64,000 nucleotides of DNA from the NCBI GenBank assembly GCA_043745805.1, contig JAYTSD010000006.1, positions 95,180-159,179 on the forward strand, written 5' to 3'. The notes under the pieces are model-generated. The model saw only the letters and a list, made by a program, of their open reading frames with translations. It did no database searches and had not been told where the DNA came from. A program made the position numbers and the translations under genes. This DNA is from Fibrobacteria bacterium (GTDB lineage: Bacteria > Fibrobacterota > Fibrobacteria > UBA11236). Of this stretch, positions 40,877-50,307 are shown piece by piece (positions within the stretch are counted from its first letter, which is position 1; each line of letters starts with the position of its first letter).

Positions 40877-42277
40877 TCAAGTCTCCTTAATTTTCAAGCC
40901 GTACTTCTCTATTTTTCTATAAAGGGTAGAAACATCTAAACCGAGTATCTTGGCTGCCGTGGGTTTATGTCCATTATTTTGTGTGAGCACCCAGTATATA
41001 TATGCTTTTTCAATTTCATTCATAGTTGGGCTAGCAACTGAGGATTGAGTGGGAAAATAATCAGACTCTTTTCCAGCTCCATCCATTTTAAAATCTTGAG
41101 TATACTCCGCAATGACGCGATTATCGAGATCTAAATGATCAATGCTGGCTTCAGGCGTAAAAGCAATGGCACGCTCTACGGCATTTTCTAATTCACGTAC
41201 ATTACCTGGCCATGAGTAAGCTAAAATTTGGGAGAGAGCCGCGGGCGAAAAAGTTTTTTGTCCATGACTTTTTCTTTTTAAAAAATAATCAGCGAGTAAA
41301 GCCGGATCTTCTTCTCTTTCTGCAAGGCGAGGCATATAAATGCGCAGCACATTGAGTCGATAATAAAGATCTTCACGAAATAGATTACGAGCTACAGCCT
41401 CTTCCAAATCCACATTGGTAGCCGCAAGTATACGCACATTAATGGCGGTGGGCACGGTCCCGCCTACGGGTAATACTTCGCGCTCTTGTAAAACGCGCAA
41501 TAATTTGACTTGCGTATGCAATGGCATTTCTCCAATTTCATCAAGAAAAATAGTGCCTTCATTGGCTGCCGCAAATAAACCTTCTTTGTCCGTATAGGCT
41601 GAAGTGAAGGCGCCTTTAATATGCCCAAACAGTTCACTCTCCAATAAATTTTCAGAAAGGGCAGAGCAATTCACCACCACAAAAGGTTTACCTAATCGAC
41701 GAGATTTTTGATGAATGAGCTTGGCGACACGTTCTTTACCCGTACCGCTTTCACCCGTTATTAATACTGTACTTTCGGAACAGGCTACGGCTTCAATTTT
41801 TTCACGCAATAAATGCATGATATTTGACCGGCCTACAAATTCGCTTTGGCTTTGATCTTTCAAAACCTCTTTGAGCTCAATATTTTCACGGTGCAAACTG
41901 CGATTAGCAATCACCTTTTCCACAACCTTATGCAAAAAAACCATTTCAAAAGGTTTGGAAATAAAATCAAAGGCACCCAGTTTTATGGCTTCCACCGCTT
42001 TTTCAACGGTGCCATAAGCGGTCATCACAATAACTGGAAGGGTTGGGAATTTTTCCAGCAAGGCTTTGACTATGGTCAAGCCCGAATCGGGACCTAAAGA
42101 CAGATCGACCATAGCCATCAAGGGCTCTGGCCCATCGCGTAATTTTAAACCATCGATTAAATTATGGGCAGAAGTAACGGCATAACCTTTTTTTTCGAAG
42201 AAAACTTCTAAGAGGCTACAGAGCGACACTTCATCATCAATAATTAAAACTTGAGGATTCATGTTTTTCCAAATCAT
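40877..42277 (-). CDS. NtrC-family sigma54-dependent response regulator
   Basis: Receiver (LIIDDE, MVDL, MTAYG, KPF), GESGTGKE, GAFTSA, WPGNVRELEN, Fis HTH. Confidence 0.92.
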   Translation of the reverse strand: MIWKNMNPQVLIIDDEVSLCSLLEVFFEKKGYAVTSAHNLIDGLKLRDGPEPLMAMVDLSLGPDSGLTIVKALLEKFPTLPVIVMTAYGTVEKAVEAIKLGAFDFISKPFEMVFLHKVVEKVIANRSLHRENIELKEVLKDQSQSEFVGRSNIMHLLREKIEAVACSESTVLITGESGTGKERVAKLIHQKSRRLGKPFVVVNCSALSENLLESELFGHIKGAFTSAYTDKEGLFAAANEGTIFLDEIGEMPLHTQVKLLRVLQEREVLPVGGTVPTAINVRILAATNVDLEEAVARNLFREDLYYRLNVLRIYMPRLAEREEDPALLADYFLKRKSHGQKTFSPAALSQILAYSWPGNVRELENAVERAIAFTPEASIDHLDLDNRVIAEYTQDFKMDGAGKESDYFPTQSSVASPTMNEIEKAYIYWVLTQNNGHKPTAAKILGLDVSTLYRKIEKYGLKIKET

Positions 42278-42381
42278 GGCTAAAAGCCTATAAATACACC
42301 AAAAAGTAAAAACGGAATTTTAGAAAAAACTCCGTCCACATTGGATAGCGTTCTATTGTACGAAAAATGTTTGGAAATAGG

Positions 42382-42416
42382 AAAAAATAAAAGCTAAACC
42401 CAAAATGGATTTAGCT
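42382..42416 (-). terminator. Intrinsic terminator of rpsT
   Basis: Minus strand AGCTAAATCC-ATTTT-GGGTTTAGCT followed by a T-tract. Confidence 0.65.
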
Positions 42417-42444
42417 ATGCGCCTTTAAAGCTTGAAAGCAATTT

Positions 42445-42708
42445 TTATGCAGTTAAAGCATTAAGCACTAAATGTGCTTTGCGCTTATAATTTGCAGCGG
42501 TATTAGGAGTGAAGCCCGCTTTACGTTTTGAAGCGGCTTTGTCGAGTAAGGAAAATAAATGCGGAATTTCGGCAGCAGCAACTTGTTTGCTGGTGGCGGC
42601 ACGCAATTTTTTCAAACTAGTACGGATTTCCGAACGCGTTTGACGGTTTTTCAATCGGGCTTTTTCCGATGTTTTTACTCTTTTTTCTGCAGACTTATGA
42701 CTAGGCAC
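42445..42708 (-). CDS. rpsT: 30S ribosomal protein S20
   Basis: HKSAEKRVKTSEKARLKNR..RT..KK..LDKAA; GTG start after GGAGG. Confidence 0.95.
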   Translation of the reverse strand: MPSHKSAEKRVKTSEKARLKNRQTRSEIRTSLKKLRAATSKQVAAAEIPHLFSLLDKAASKRKAGFTPNTAANYKRKAHLVLNALTA

Positions 42709-42778
42709 AGTGCCTCCAAATTTTGTTCTTAAGGGGCTAAGTATAGATAAATCAATGACTTTTTTAAACTCTTTACTG

Positions 42779-43420
42779 TTAAAAAAATGCTGGAAAGGAA
42801 AAGATTCCTAAAATTGGGGAAATTAGCGGTCGCCAAAAGGAAAACCAAAGTCCTAATATACCCGCTCCGGGCAAAAAGCTTAAAACAATCACTACTACCA
42901 TCGGTACAATTCCCATGCGCTGCAAAAGCATTTCGTATTTATAAGCCTGGCGTTCGGACAAAAATAAAGTCACCATTTTGGATCCATCAAGTGGATAGAT
43001 TGGCAGCAAATTAAATATGGCGAGGCTAAAATTAATGGATACGAAAGCCTTAAGAAAAGAATCAGTTCCCGCGCTTAAACCTCTTTGATTTAGCAAGTAA
43101 TAAATAAAACAACCCAGAACGCCTAATAACAAATTGGAAAAAGGCCCTGCGAAGGAAATCAGCGGCATGCCCACACGTGGGTTTTTAAGATTACGTGGAT
43201 CGACAGGTACGGGCTTGGCCCAACCAAAGGGCATGGTAAGAATCATTAAAGAGCCAATAGGATCCATATGCACAAAGGGATTCAGCGATAAGCGACCCAT
43301 GCGCTCCGCGGTATCGTCACCTAGGCGCATAGCGGCCCAAGCATGAGCAGCCTCATGAAAGGTAAGAGAAATTGTTAAAACCACAAATCGTACAATAGTA
43401 TCGGCTATATCATAATTCAT
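42779..43420 (-). CDS. Site-2 protease (peptidase M50)
   Basis: HEAAH, AGPFSN, FNLLPIYPLDG; ATG at 43420. Confidence 0.92.
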   Translation of the reverse strand: MNYDIADTIVRFVVLTISLTFHEAAHAWAAMRLGDDTAERMGRLSLNPFVHMDPIGSLMILTMPFGWAKPVPVDPRNLKNPRVGMPLISFAGPFSNLLLGVLGCFIYYLLNQRGLSAGTDSFLKAFVSINFSLAIFNLLPIYPLDGSKMVTLFLSERQAYKYEMLLQRMGIVPMVVVIVLSFLPGAGILGLWFSFWRPLISPILGIFSFPAFF

Positions 43421-43507
43421 AAAAGATAAGGTAGCAAATCCTTTGCGCATATAAGAGCTATCTCTTGGGGCGGCAAGTGCCGATCAGGGAAAAATAAGGT
43501 GAGGTAT

Positions 43508-44878
43508 TTAAAGTTCGTTTTCGCCTGCAAATTGTGCAAAATACTCTAAGCCAGCATAGTGCGGGAGTAACAGGGGGATGACCTCCCCTAAAAGATAAAG
43601 TGATCCACAAATAATTAATGGTGTTTGGGCTTGCACCGCTTCAGGATCTTTCAGCAAGCTCAATAAGTTTTTATCCGATAAAACCAAAGACGAATTCTTT
43701 TCGCGAAGGCTCGCCGATAATTGCGCTAGCCAATCTTCCGAGGTCAGCGCTCTAGAATATTTAAGCAGGGAGGCGAAAAAAACTTGTTCTGAAAAAGCAA
43801 ATAAACTTTCGCGAATAGAGGAAAGATCTTTGTCTTTCATTATCGCAAAAATACTTACCGGTTTTTGCTGAGGAAAAGCTTGTTGTATATATTCGGCGAG
43901 ACGCTCCATGCCTTCGGGATTATGTGCTCCATCGAGTAGCACAGGTCGCAAGCCCGGTGCTTGTAAAAGCTGGGTGCGGCCATAAACGGGGGCTTTGGCT
44001 AGGGCTTCCTGCAATTCGGTATTGAGATTTAAAGCGCCACCCTTAATATTTTCTAAGGCGATTAAGGAGAGATGTAAATTTTCTTGTTGATGTTTTTCGG
44101 GACGAAAATTTTTGGGTAACTCATAGGTGGCGTATATTCCCGCATATTTTTGCAAGAATTTATCGGAGGCTTTGGGGAAGGTTGCGGGATCAGCCAAATT
44201 ATAAACGGGGACTTGCAAGGCTTGGGCGGCCTCGTCAATCAGCCATTTCAAATTTTCTCGCCCTTCATTAATAATTAAAGGAATGCCAGTTTTGAGTATA
44301 CCTAGTTTTTCTACTATAATTTTTTCTAAGGAATCTCCCAATATAGCTGTATGATCTAAAGATATGGAAGTTATTACGGTTAACTGCGGTGTGACGGCAT
44401 TGGTGGCATCTAAGCGTCCTCCTAAGCCGGTTTCTAAAACAACTACATCACAATTTTCGGATCGAAAATAGTCTAAGGCTAAAGCCGTAACGCATTCAAA
44501 ATATGTGGCCTGAAGTTTTAAAATAAGGGGAACAAATTTTTGCATCCATTGCAAAATCCAAGCTTTGGAAATGGGCTCGCCATTAATCGTGATACGCTCA
44601 CGAAAGCTTACTAAATGGGGCGAGGTATACAGTCCCACCTTTTGATATTGCAGCATGGGCAAAGCTTTGGCGATATTGTTGCATACGCTGCCTTTGCCAT
44701 TGGTACCAGCCACATGAATATATTTTTGCTTAAGCTGAGGGTTGCCGATAGCCTCTAAGAGGCTACAAATATTGTCTAAACCAAGTTTAATGGAAAATTG
44801 ATTGCGAGCGAAAAGAAAGTCGAGGCAATCGTGATAAGTTTTTAACTCAGTAGCCAAAGTGATTGAGAAGCGTCGCAA
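43508..44878 (-). CDS. folC: Folylpolyglutamate synthase/dihydrofolate synthase (start uncertain)
   Basis: HVAGTNGKGS, YTSPHL, ETGLGGRLDATN, LDGAHN. Confidence 0.95.
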   Translation of the reverse strand: MRRFSITLATELKTYHDCLDFLFARNQFSIKLGLDNICSLLEAIGNPQLKQKYIHVAGTNGKGSVCNNIAKALPMLQYQKVGLYTSPHLVSFRERITINGEPISKAWILQWMQKFVPLILKLQATYFECVTALALDYFRSENCDVVVLETGLGGRLDATNAVTPQLTVITSISLDHTAILGDSLEKIIVEKLGILKTGIPLIINEGRENLKWLIDEAAQALQVPVYNLADPATFPKASDKFLQKYAGIYATYELPKNFRPEKHQQENLHLSLIALENIKGGALNLNTELQEALAKAPVYGRTQLLQAPGLRPVLLDGAHNPEGMERLAEYIQQAFPQQKPVSIFAIMKDKDLSSIRESLFAFSEQVFFASLLKYSRALTSEDWLAQLSASLREKNSSLVLSDKNLLSLLKDPEAVQAQTPLIICGSLYLLGEVIPLLLPHYAGLEYFAQFAGENEL

Positions 44879-45686
44879 CCGTTTCTTTTAAAGCGGGACG
44901 TTGCACTATCATATCCACAAAACCTTTTTCCAAAAGAAATTCCGCTCTTTGAAAACCGGGCGGAAGATTTTGACGAATGGTTTCGCGTATTACTCGTTCG
45001 CCCGCAAAACCAATTAGCGCACCCGGTTCAGCAATATGAATATCGCCAAGCATAGCAAAACTAGCTGTCACACCGCCGGTAGTGGGATTGGTGAGTATGC
45101 AGATATATGGTAATTTATGCTTAGCCATTTGGGCTATGCCTGCCGCGGTTTTAGCCATTTGCATGAGAGAAAGTGATCCTTCTTGCATACGCGCACCACC
45201 GGAAGCGGTAACAATAATGGCTGGAATTTTATGTTTAACCGCGCGATGAAATACACGAGCGATTTTTTCACCCTCCACCGAGCCCATGGAGCCGCCTACA
45301 AAGCGAAAGTCCATTACACCCAAGGAGATTTTGCTGCCTTTTAATTGACCTAAGCCAGCGATTACTCCAGAATTCGAGCCGGTTTTTTTTTCGGCATCGA
45401 TTAAACTGTCCTTATATTTTTTCTTTGCGGCAAATTTTAACGGGTCATTAGATTTAAGTTGTGCATCCATGACTTGAAAAGTGCCTTCGTCGACCAATAA
45501 CTTAATATAGTCCGGCGCGCCTACACGAAAGTGAAATTGGCAATGCTCGCATACATACAAGTTTTGCGCCAATTCCTTACGATAAAGAACTTCTTTGCAA
45601 TTTTCACATTTCACCCATAAATCAACGGGAGTATCCCTTTTGATAAATGTGCCAATGCCCGATTTAGCCTTGCGGAACCATTCCAT
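44847..45686 (-). CDS. accD: Acetyl-CoA carboxylase carboxyltransferase beta subunit
   Basis: C4 zinc ribbon, GGSMGS, SGGARMQEG, PTTGGVTASFA. Confidence 0.97.
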   Translation of the reverse strand: MEWFRKAKSGIGTFIKRDTPVDLWVKCENCKEVLYRKELAQNLYVCEHCQFHFRVGAPDYIKLLVDEGTFQVMDAQLKSNDPLKFAAKKKYKDSLIDAEKKTGSNSGVIAGLGQLKGSKISLGVMDFRFVGGSMGSVEGEKIARVFHRAVKHKIPAIIVTASGGARMQEGSLSLMQMAKTAAGIAQMAKHKLPYICILTNPTTGGVTASFAMLGDIHIAEPGALIGFAGERVIRETIRQNLPPGFQRAEFLLEKGFVDMIVQRPALKETVATLLNHFGY

Positions 45687-45856
45687 GCAAGTATGAACCC
45701 TTCTGAACCAAAGGCAAGTAAAATAACCAATCGCCCCTACTCTGTCTAATCGGTGGAAAATGGAAATAATTTCCTGGCAAATGGAAGGTGGAGCAGATCT
45801 TGCCCAAATTCAAAATTTAGATGTTCAATTTGCGCTAAAACACGAAAAGTAGGGCA

Positions 45857-45872
45857 TGGCATAGCCTTTGCG
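45857..45872 (+). promoter_or_regulatory. sigma54 (-24/-12) promoter of the flg operon
   Basis: TGGCATAGCCTTTGCG: GG-N10-GC, close to the consensus TGGCAC-N5-TTGC, about 65 bp upstream of flgJ. Confidence 0.8.
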
Positions 45873-45936
45873 TTAATATCTGAGTTGCCCACAAAGTTAA
45901 AGCAACTTGTGAAATTTTGAAGCAAGGAATTTTTTC

Positions 45937-46851
45937 ATGAACATCGAACTGACCAAAAATAAAAGTTTGCATGATGACCATTCCCTTTTAGCCGTAAAGA
46001 CTTCGATAGAAAAATCCGAGCAAGGTTTGCATTCAGCAAAAATGTCGGCAGCCGATGCGAAGCGTTGGAAAACCAGTTTAGAGTTTGAAGCCATGTTTAT
46101 GGGGCAAATGATGAAAGCTATGCGGCAAACCATTGATGAAAGTGAAGTGGCCGATAAGGCACCCGGCCATGAAATATTTAATGATATGCTCGATCAAGAA
46201 TATGCTCGCAGTAATTTACACTCTCCACAAAAGAATGGGGCATTGGGTTTATTGGCTGCCAAGCAAGGAAAGTCAACCGGTTTGGCGGCCCAAATTTATC
46301 GCTCACTCGCGCGCCAAGAAGGATTAGTGCCCTCACCATTGGGGCCAGAAAAATTATTACAACAAATTAAACCCGGCCAATTTATGCAAGGATTACGCAA
46401 TGCGGAGGCTAAACATATTTCACCAGCGGTTAATGATGCCAAGACAAAATTGAATGAAGTCATACTGGATCCTTTAATTGAAAAGGCCTCGGTTTTATTT
46501 CAAGTTTCAAAAAACCTGATCAAAAGTGTGATTCAGCATGAAAGTGGAAATCGCCCTGATGCCATTTCTCCAGCGGGTGCAAAAGGTTTAATGCAATTAA
46601 TGGATAGCACGGCGAGTGATTTGAAAGTTAAAAACGTATTTGATCCGCAGGAAAATGTTTTTGCCGGCACCAAATATTTAAAATCATTGCTCGAAAAATT
46701 TGGAGGCGATGAAGCCAAGGCTTTAGCAGGTTATAATGCGGGTCCGGCGCATGTGGAAAAATATGGTACGGTGCCCCCTTTTCCTGAAACTCAACGCTAT
46801 GTAAAACAAGTTTTGCAAACCAAATGGGCTTGGGATAAGCAGGAGAAATAA
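45937..46851 (+). CDS. flgJ: FlgJ-like protein: rod-binding domain + SLT lytic transglycosylase
   Basis: FEAMFMGQMMKAMRQT..MLDQEYA rod-binding motif; HESG, AKGLMQLM, ALAGYNAG, ETQRYV SLT motifs. Confidence 0.8.
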   Translation: MNIELTKNKSLHDDHSLLAVKTSIEKSEQGLHSAKMSAADAKRWKTSLEFEAMFMGQMMKAMRQTIDESEVADKAPGHEIFNDMLDQEYARSNLHSPQKNGALGLLAAKQGKSTGLAAQIYRSLARQEGLVPSPLGPEKLLQQIKPGQFMQGLRNAEAKHISPAVNDAKTKLNEVILDPLIEKASVLFQVSKNLIKSVIQHESGNRPDAISPAGAKGLMQLMDSTASDLKVKNVFDPQENVFAGTKYLKSLLEKFGGDEAKALAGYNAGPAHVEKYGTVPPFPETQRYVKQVLQTKWAWDKQEK

Positions 46852-46856
46852 ATTTT

Positions 46857-47444
46857 ATGTTACATGAAAACACCTTTCAAAATAATGCGATCGCGGAATA
46901 TACGGATCCCAGAGAAATGTTAGGCGAAGAATTAACTCTAAATTTTAAAGCGCAATATGCAGGCTATGAACATTATTTGTCTTTGGCCGAGAAACAACGC
47001 TTGGTATTAATCAATCGGCAACTTGTAGGTAATGAAGAATTGAATTTGCAGTCGGAAGAAATTGTGCAATATCTTTTTGATTTAGAATTACGCCGTATTG
47101 ATTTAACAGAAAGGCTTTTGGTTTTTCATCCCGATCCGCAAATGGGTTTGGAAAATAACTCGATTCGCTGCGAACAAATTTATCCTTGCCTTTATCCGCA
47201 AGAAGCGGCAAAACTGAAGCACTGGAGAGATGCCTTGGTGGAAAAACTTAAAATCCTCCGATTTGTTTTAGACACGAATGCCGCTTTAGCTGAAAACGGA
47301 CAAAAAATTATTCATACCACTATTGGCATCTTGACGAGTGTAGTTAATCGCAAGCATACCGATCGTTTTCAAGTGTACGGACGCCAAGGGCAAGTGCATC
47401 AAGATCGCAGCCAAGTACGTAATCTAATTAATCGGATGGTATAA
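46857..47444 (+). CDS. flgN: Flagellar export chaperone FlgN-like
   Basis: All-helical protein directly upstream of flgK, with N..L..N and YGRQG tail. Confidence 0.6.
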   Translation: MLHENTFQNNAIAEYTDPREMLGEELTLNFKAQYAGYEHYLSLAEKQRLVLINRQLVGNEELNLQSEEIVQYLFDLELRRIDLTERLLVFHPDPQMGLENNSIRCEQIYPCLYPQEAAKLKHWRDALVEKLKILRFVLDTNAALAENGQKIIHTTIGILTSVVNRKHTDRFQVYGRQGQVHQDRSQVRNLINRMV

Positions 47445-47445
47445 C

Positions 47446-49128
47446 ATGTCGCTGTTTAGTTCGTTGAATATTGGTATGCGTGGCCTCAATGCTTCGCAAC
47501 AAGCCATAGATGTTACGGGTCAAAATATTTCTAATGCGAATACTGAAGGTTACTCTCGCAAAAGATTGGATTTACAAGCGGATTCCCGAGCGGATGCGGT
47601 TTATGGTGAATTGGGTATGGGAGTGGATGTCGCCTCGGTGCAAAGAGTGCGCGATGCTTTTTTAGATTCACAAATTTCCGAACAATTAGGAGATAAAGGT
47701 TATCAAACACAACTGAATGGGGCGATGGAAAGAATGGAAGCCATTATCCAAGAGCCTTCGGATAATGGATTAAATTCAGCCTTAAATAAATTTTGGGATA
47801 CTTGGCAGGATTTAGCCAATAACCCTGCTGACTTTTCGGCGCGTGATGGGGTGATGGCGGCAGGAAATGTAATAGTTGATTTACTCCATTCTTTGGGTGG
47901 AAAATTAAGAGATTATCGTACTTCCATGGACGATCAATTACAGTCACGTGCGACATTAATTAATAGTTATACTAGTCAAATTGCCGAATTAAATACCAGC
48001 ATTGCCACCTCCGAAGTGCAACCTGGGCAAGTGGCTAATGATAGTCGTGATAAACGTGACTTACTTGTACGTAAACTTTCGGAATTTGTAGACATTACTT
48101 ATAATGAAGATGCGCATCATCGTATAACTGTTAGTTCGGGTGGCGATATTTTGGTGGGACCTACGCAATCCTATGCTATAAAGATTGATGGACATACTAC
48201 CATTCAAGAAGATGGTTCCACGCAAACCACCATAGGCTTGCAGTTTAAGGATTCTTTAAAAGCATTTAATCCACGTGGTGGAGAAATTAAAGGCTTATTG
48301 GATACTAAACGAGTGTTGGTTCCTAAGTATGAGGGCTTATTGAACAGTCTCACTAAAACCATTGTACAGTCGGTTAATGAACAGCATGTGCAAGGTTATA
48401 ACTTGAATAAAAGTACGGGTGTTTTATTTTTTGATCCCGATCATCTTACCGCCGAAACCGTGCAAATAGGATCCGCGATAAAGGAGAGTATTAATAATAT
48501 TGCGGCTGCCGCAGGAGGATTGGCTTCACCTCAAGTTACTTTGGCGAATACAATTCCGCTCGCCTTAACGCCTAATGTGGATTTGAAAACAATTAACCCC
48601 ACTTATAAAAACTTAGTGCTAGGGTCTTTGCAAATTAGTTTTGCTCCCAGTGGCGTGGTATTACAAGAGGGTGCGGGAAAAGATTATATCACGGATTATA
48701 CCACAGGTGTGATTACTTTCACGAATTATGCGAACTATGCACCGGGCGCAAATATTCAAATCAAATTTCAAAATCAACAAAATGGATTTCCTGGAAATGG
48801 CAATGGTCAGAATGCACTAAACATTGCCCAGTTAAGACAAAAAACTACTATGGCTCCCAATCAAGCAGGAGCGAATACACAAAGTATTAATGAATTTTAT
48901 AGCGCGATGGTGGGCACCTTGGGGATTGAAAAAAATCAAGCGGCTACCAATTTGCAAACTCGTGAATTTATTGTTTCGCAACTCGATAGCGAACAGGCGA
49001 AAGTTTCGGGCGTTTCCATGGATGAAGAAATGACCAATATGATCAAATTTCAACACAGCTACCAAGCATCGGCGCGTTATATCAGCACCATTAAAGAAAT
49101 GCTAGACGTATTGATGAATATTCCATAA
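47446..49128 (+). CDS. flgK: Flagellar hook-associated protein 1
   Basis: GLNASQ..NISNANTEGYSR, VSGVSMDEEMTNMIKFQHSYQASAR. Confidence 0.95.
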   Translation: MSLFSSLNIGMRGLNASQQAIDVTGQNISNANTEGYSRKRLDLQADSRADAVYGELGMGVDVASVQRVRDAFLDSQISEQLGDKGYQTQLNGAMERMEAIIQEPSDNGLNSALNKFWDTWQDLANNPADFSARDGVMAAGNVIVDLLHSLGGKLRDYRTSMDDQLQSRATLINSYTSQIAELNTSIATSEVQPGQVANDSRDKRDLLVRKLSEFVDITYNEDAHHRITVSSGGDILVGPTQSYAIKIDGHTTIQEDGSTQTTIGLQFKDSLKAFNPRGGEIKGLLDTKRVLVPKYEGLLNSLTKTIVQSVNEQHVQGYNLNKSTGVLFFDPDHLTAETVQIGSAIKESINNIAAAAGGLASPQVTLANTIPLALTPNVDLKTINPTYKNLVLGSLQISFAPSGVVLQEGAGKDYITDYTTGVITFTNYANYAPGANIQIKFQNQQNGFPGNGNGQNALNIAQLRQKTTMAPNQAGANTQSINEFYSAMVGTLGIEKNQAATNLQTREFIVSQLDSEQAKVSGVSMDEEMTNMIKFQHSYQASARYISTIKEMLDVLMNIP

Positions 49129-49143
49129 AGTTAGGAGCAATCT

Positions 49144-50307
49144 ATGACCTCACGCGTAACCTTTAGCCAAATGACTTCTCATGTACAGCAGCAGTTATTT
49201 GATAATTTTGGAAAACTGGAAAAATTGCAAGAACAATTATCCACTGGTAAAAGAATTTTACGTGGGTCGGATGATCCTATCGATGCTACCAATGCTATGG
49301 AAATGCGTACCAATTTGTCGCAGCTCGATCAATACAAACGCAATATGCAGGATGGCATTGGCTATATGTCCACGGTGGATGCGAGTTTAAATTCGGGCAA
49401 TAGTATGTTTCATACTTTGCGAGAAAAGGCTTTGCAGGGAGCGAGCGATACCAATACGGCGGCCAATCGAAAATTGATTTTTCCTGATGTGCGCGCCATG
49501 CTTGATCAATTAGTGGCCATGTCGAATACGACCTTTAAAGGCGATTATGTTTTTTCCGGCGCGAATACGCAAGTGCCTCCTTATGAAATGCATGCAGGAC
49601 AAAGTTTAATTACTACGGGACTTACGGTGGGTACCTTAGGTTTGCCAATTCAAATGGTGGATACTTCAATTACGAACTCTAACGATAATCCCAATGGAAA
49701 TGCCAATGCCTATGATGTAATTCCCAACACCTTGAGTATTGGAGGCCTAACGGAGGGGACGGATTATCAGGTTGATTATGTGAAAGGAACCATTACCTTT
49801 ACTGCGCCTGGAGTTGCAGCTTTAGCTTTAGCAGGTGGCGCAGGAATTAATATGAACTATTCTTGGGTCCGTCGTAATGAAGCCGATTTAGAAGGCAAGG
49901 TTAATCGTGAAATTGAACAAGGGGTAACCGAAAAAATTAATAGTACGGCTTCTGAAGTGTTTGGGAGTCGCACCGAGACTTCATCTTGGGATACTATTAT
50001 AAATTTATTGGATGGATTGCATAATAATCAAGTCAGTAAAATTACTGGGAGTATTGGACAAATTGATACTGTTTTTCAGCGTTACCTATCTGCTCAAGGC
50101 AATAATGGCGCGCGTATAAATCACTTTGAATCGACAACTGACAGAGGCGATCTTTCTACTGTGAATTCCACGCAATTACTTTCGCAATTAGAAGACATTG
50201 ATTTTACGGAAGCCACTACTCAGTTTTCAATTCAACAAAGCGCTTATAATGCTTCCTTAAAAGCAGCGGCGCAAGCTATTCAAAATACTTTGGCTAATTT
50301 TTTATAA
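49144..50307 (+). CDS. flgL: Flagellar hook-associated protein 3
   Basis: QEQLSTGKRI..SDDP, YVFSG, LEDIDFTEA..YNASL. Confidence 0.93.
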   Translation: MTSRVTFSQMTSHVQQQLFDNFGKLEKLQEQLSTGKRILRGSDDPIDATNAMEMRTNLSQLDQYKRNMQDGIGYMSTVDASLNSGNSMFHTLREKALQGASDTNTAANRKLIFPDVRAMLDQLVAMSNTTFKGDYVFSGANTQVPPYEMHAGQSLITTGLTVGTLGLPIQMVDTSITNSNDNPNGNANAYDVIPNTLSIGGLTEGTDYQVDYVKGTITFTAPGVAALALAGGAGINMNYSWVRRNEADLEGKVNREIEQGVTEKINSTASEVFGSRTETSSWDTIINLLDGLHNNQVSKITGSIGQIDTVFQRYLSAQGNNGARINHFESTTDRGDLSTVNSTQLLSQLEDIDFTEATTQFSIQQSAYNASLKAAAQAIQNTLANFL

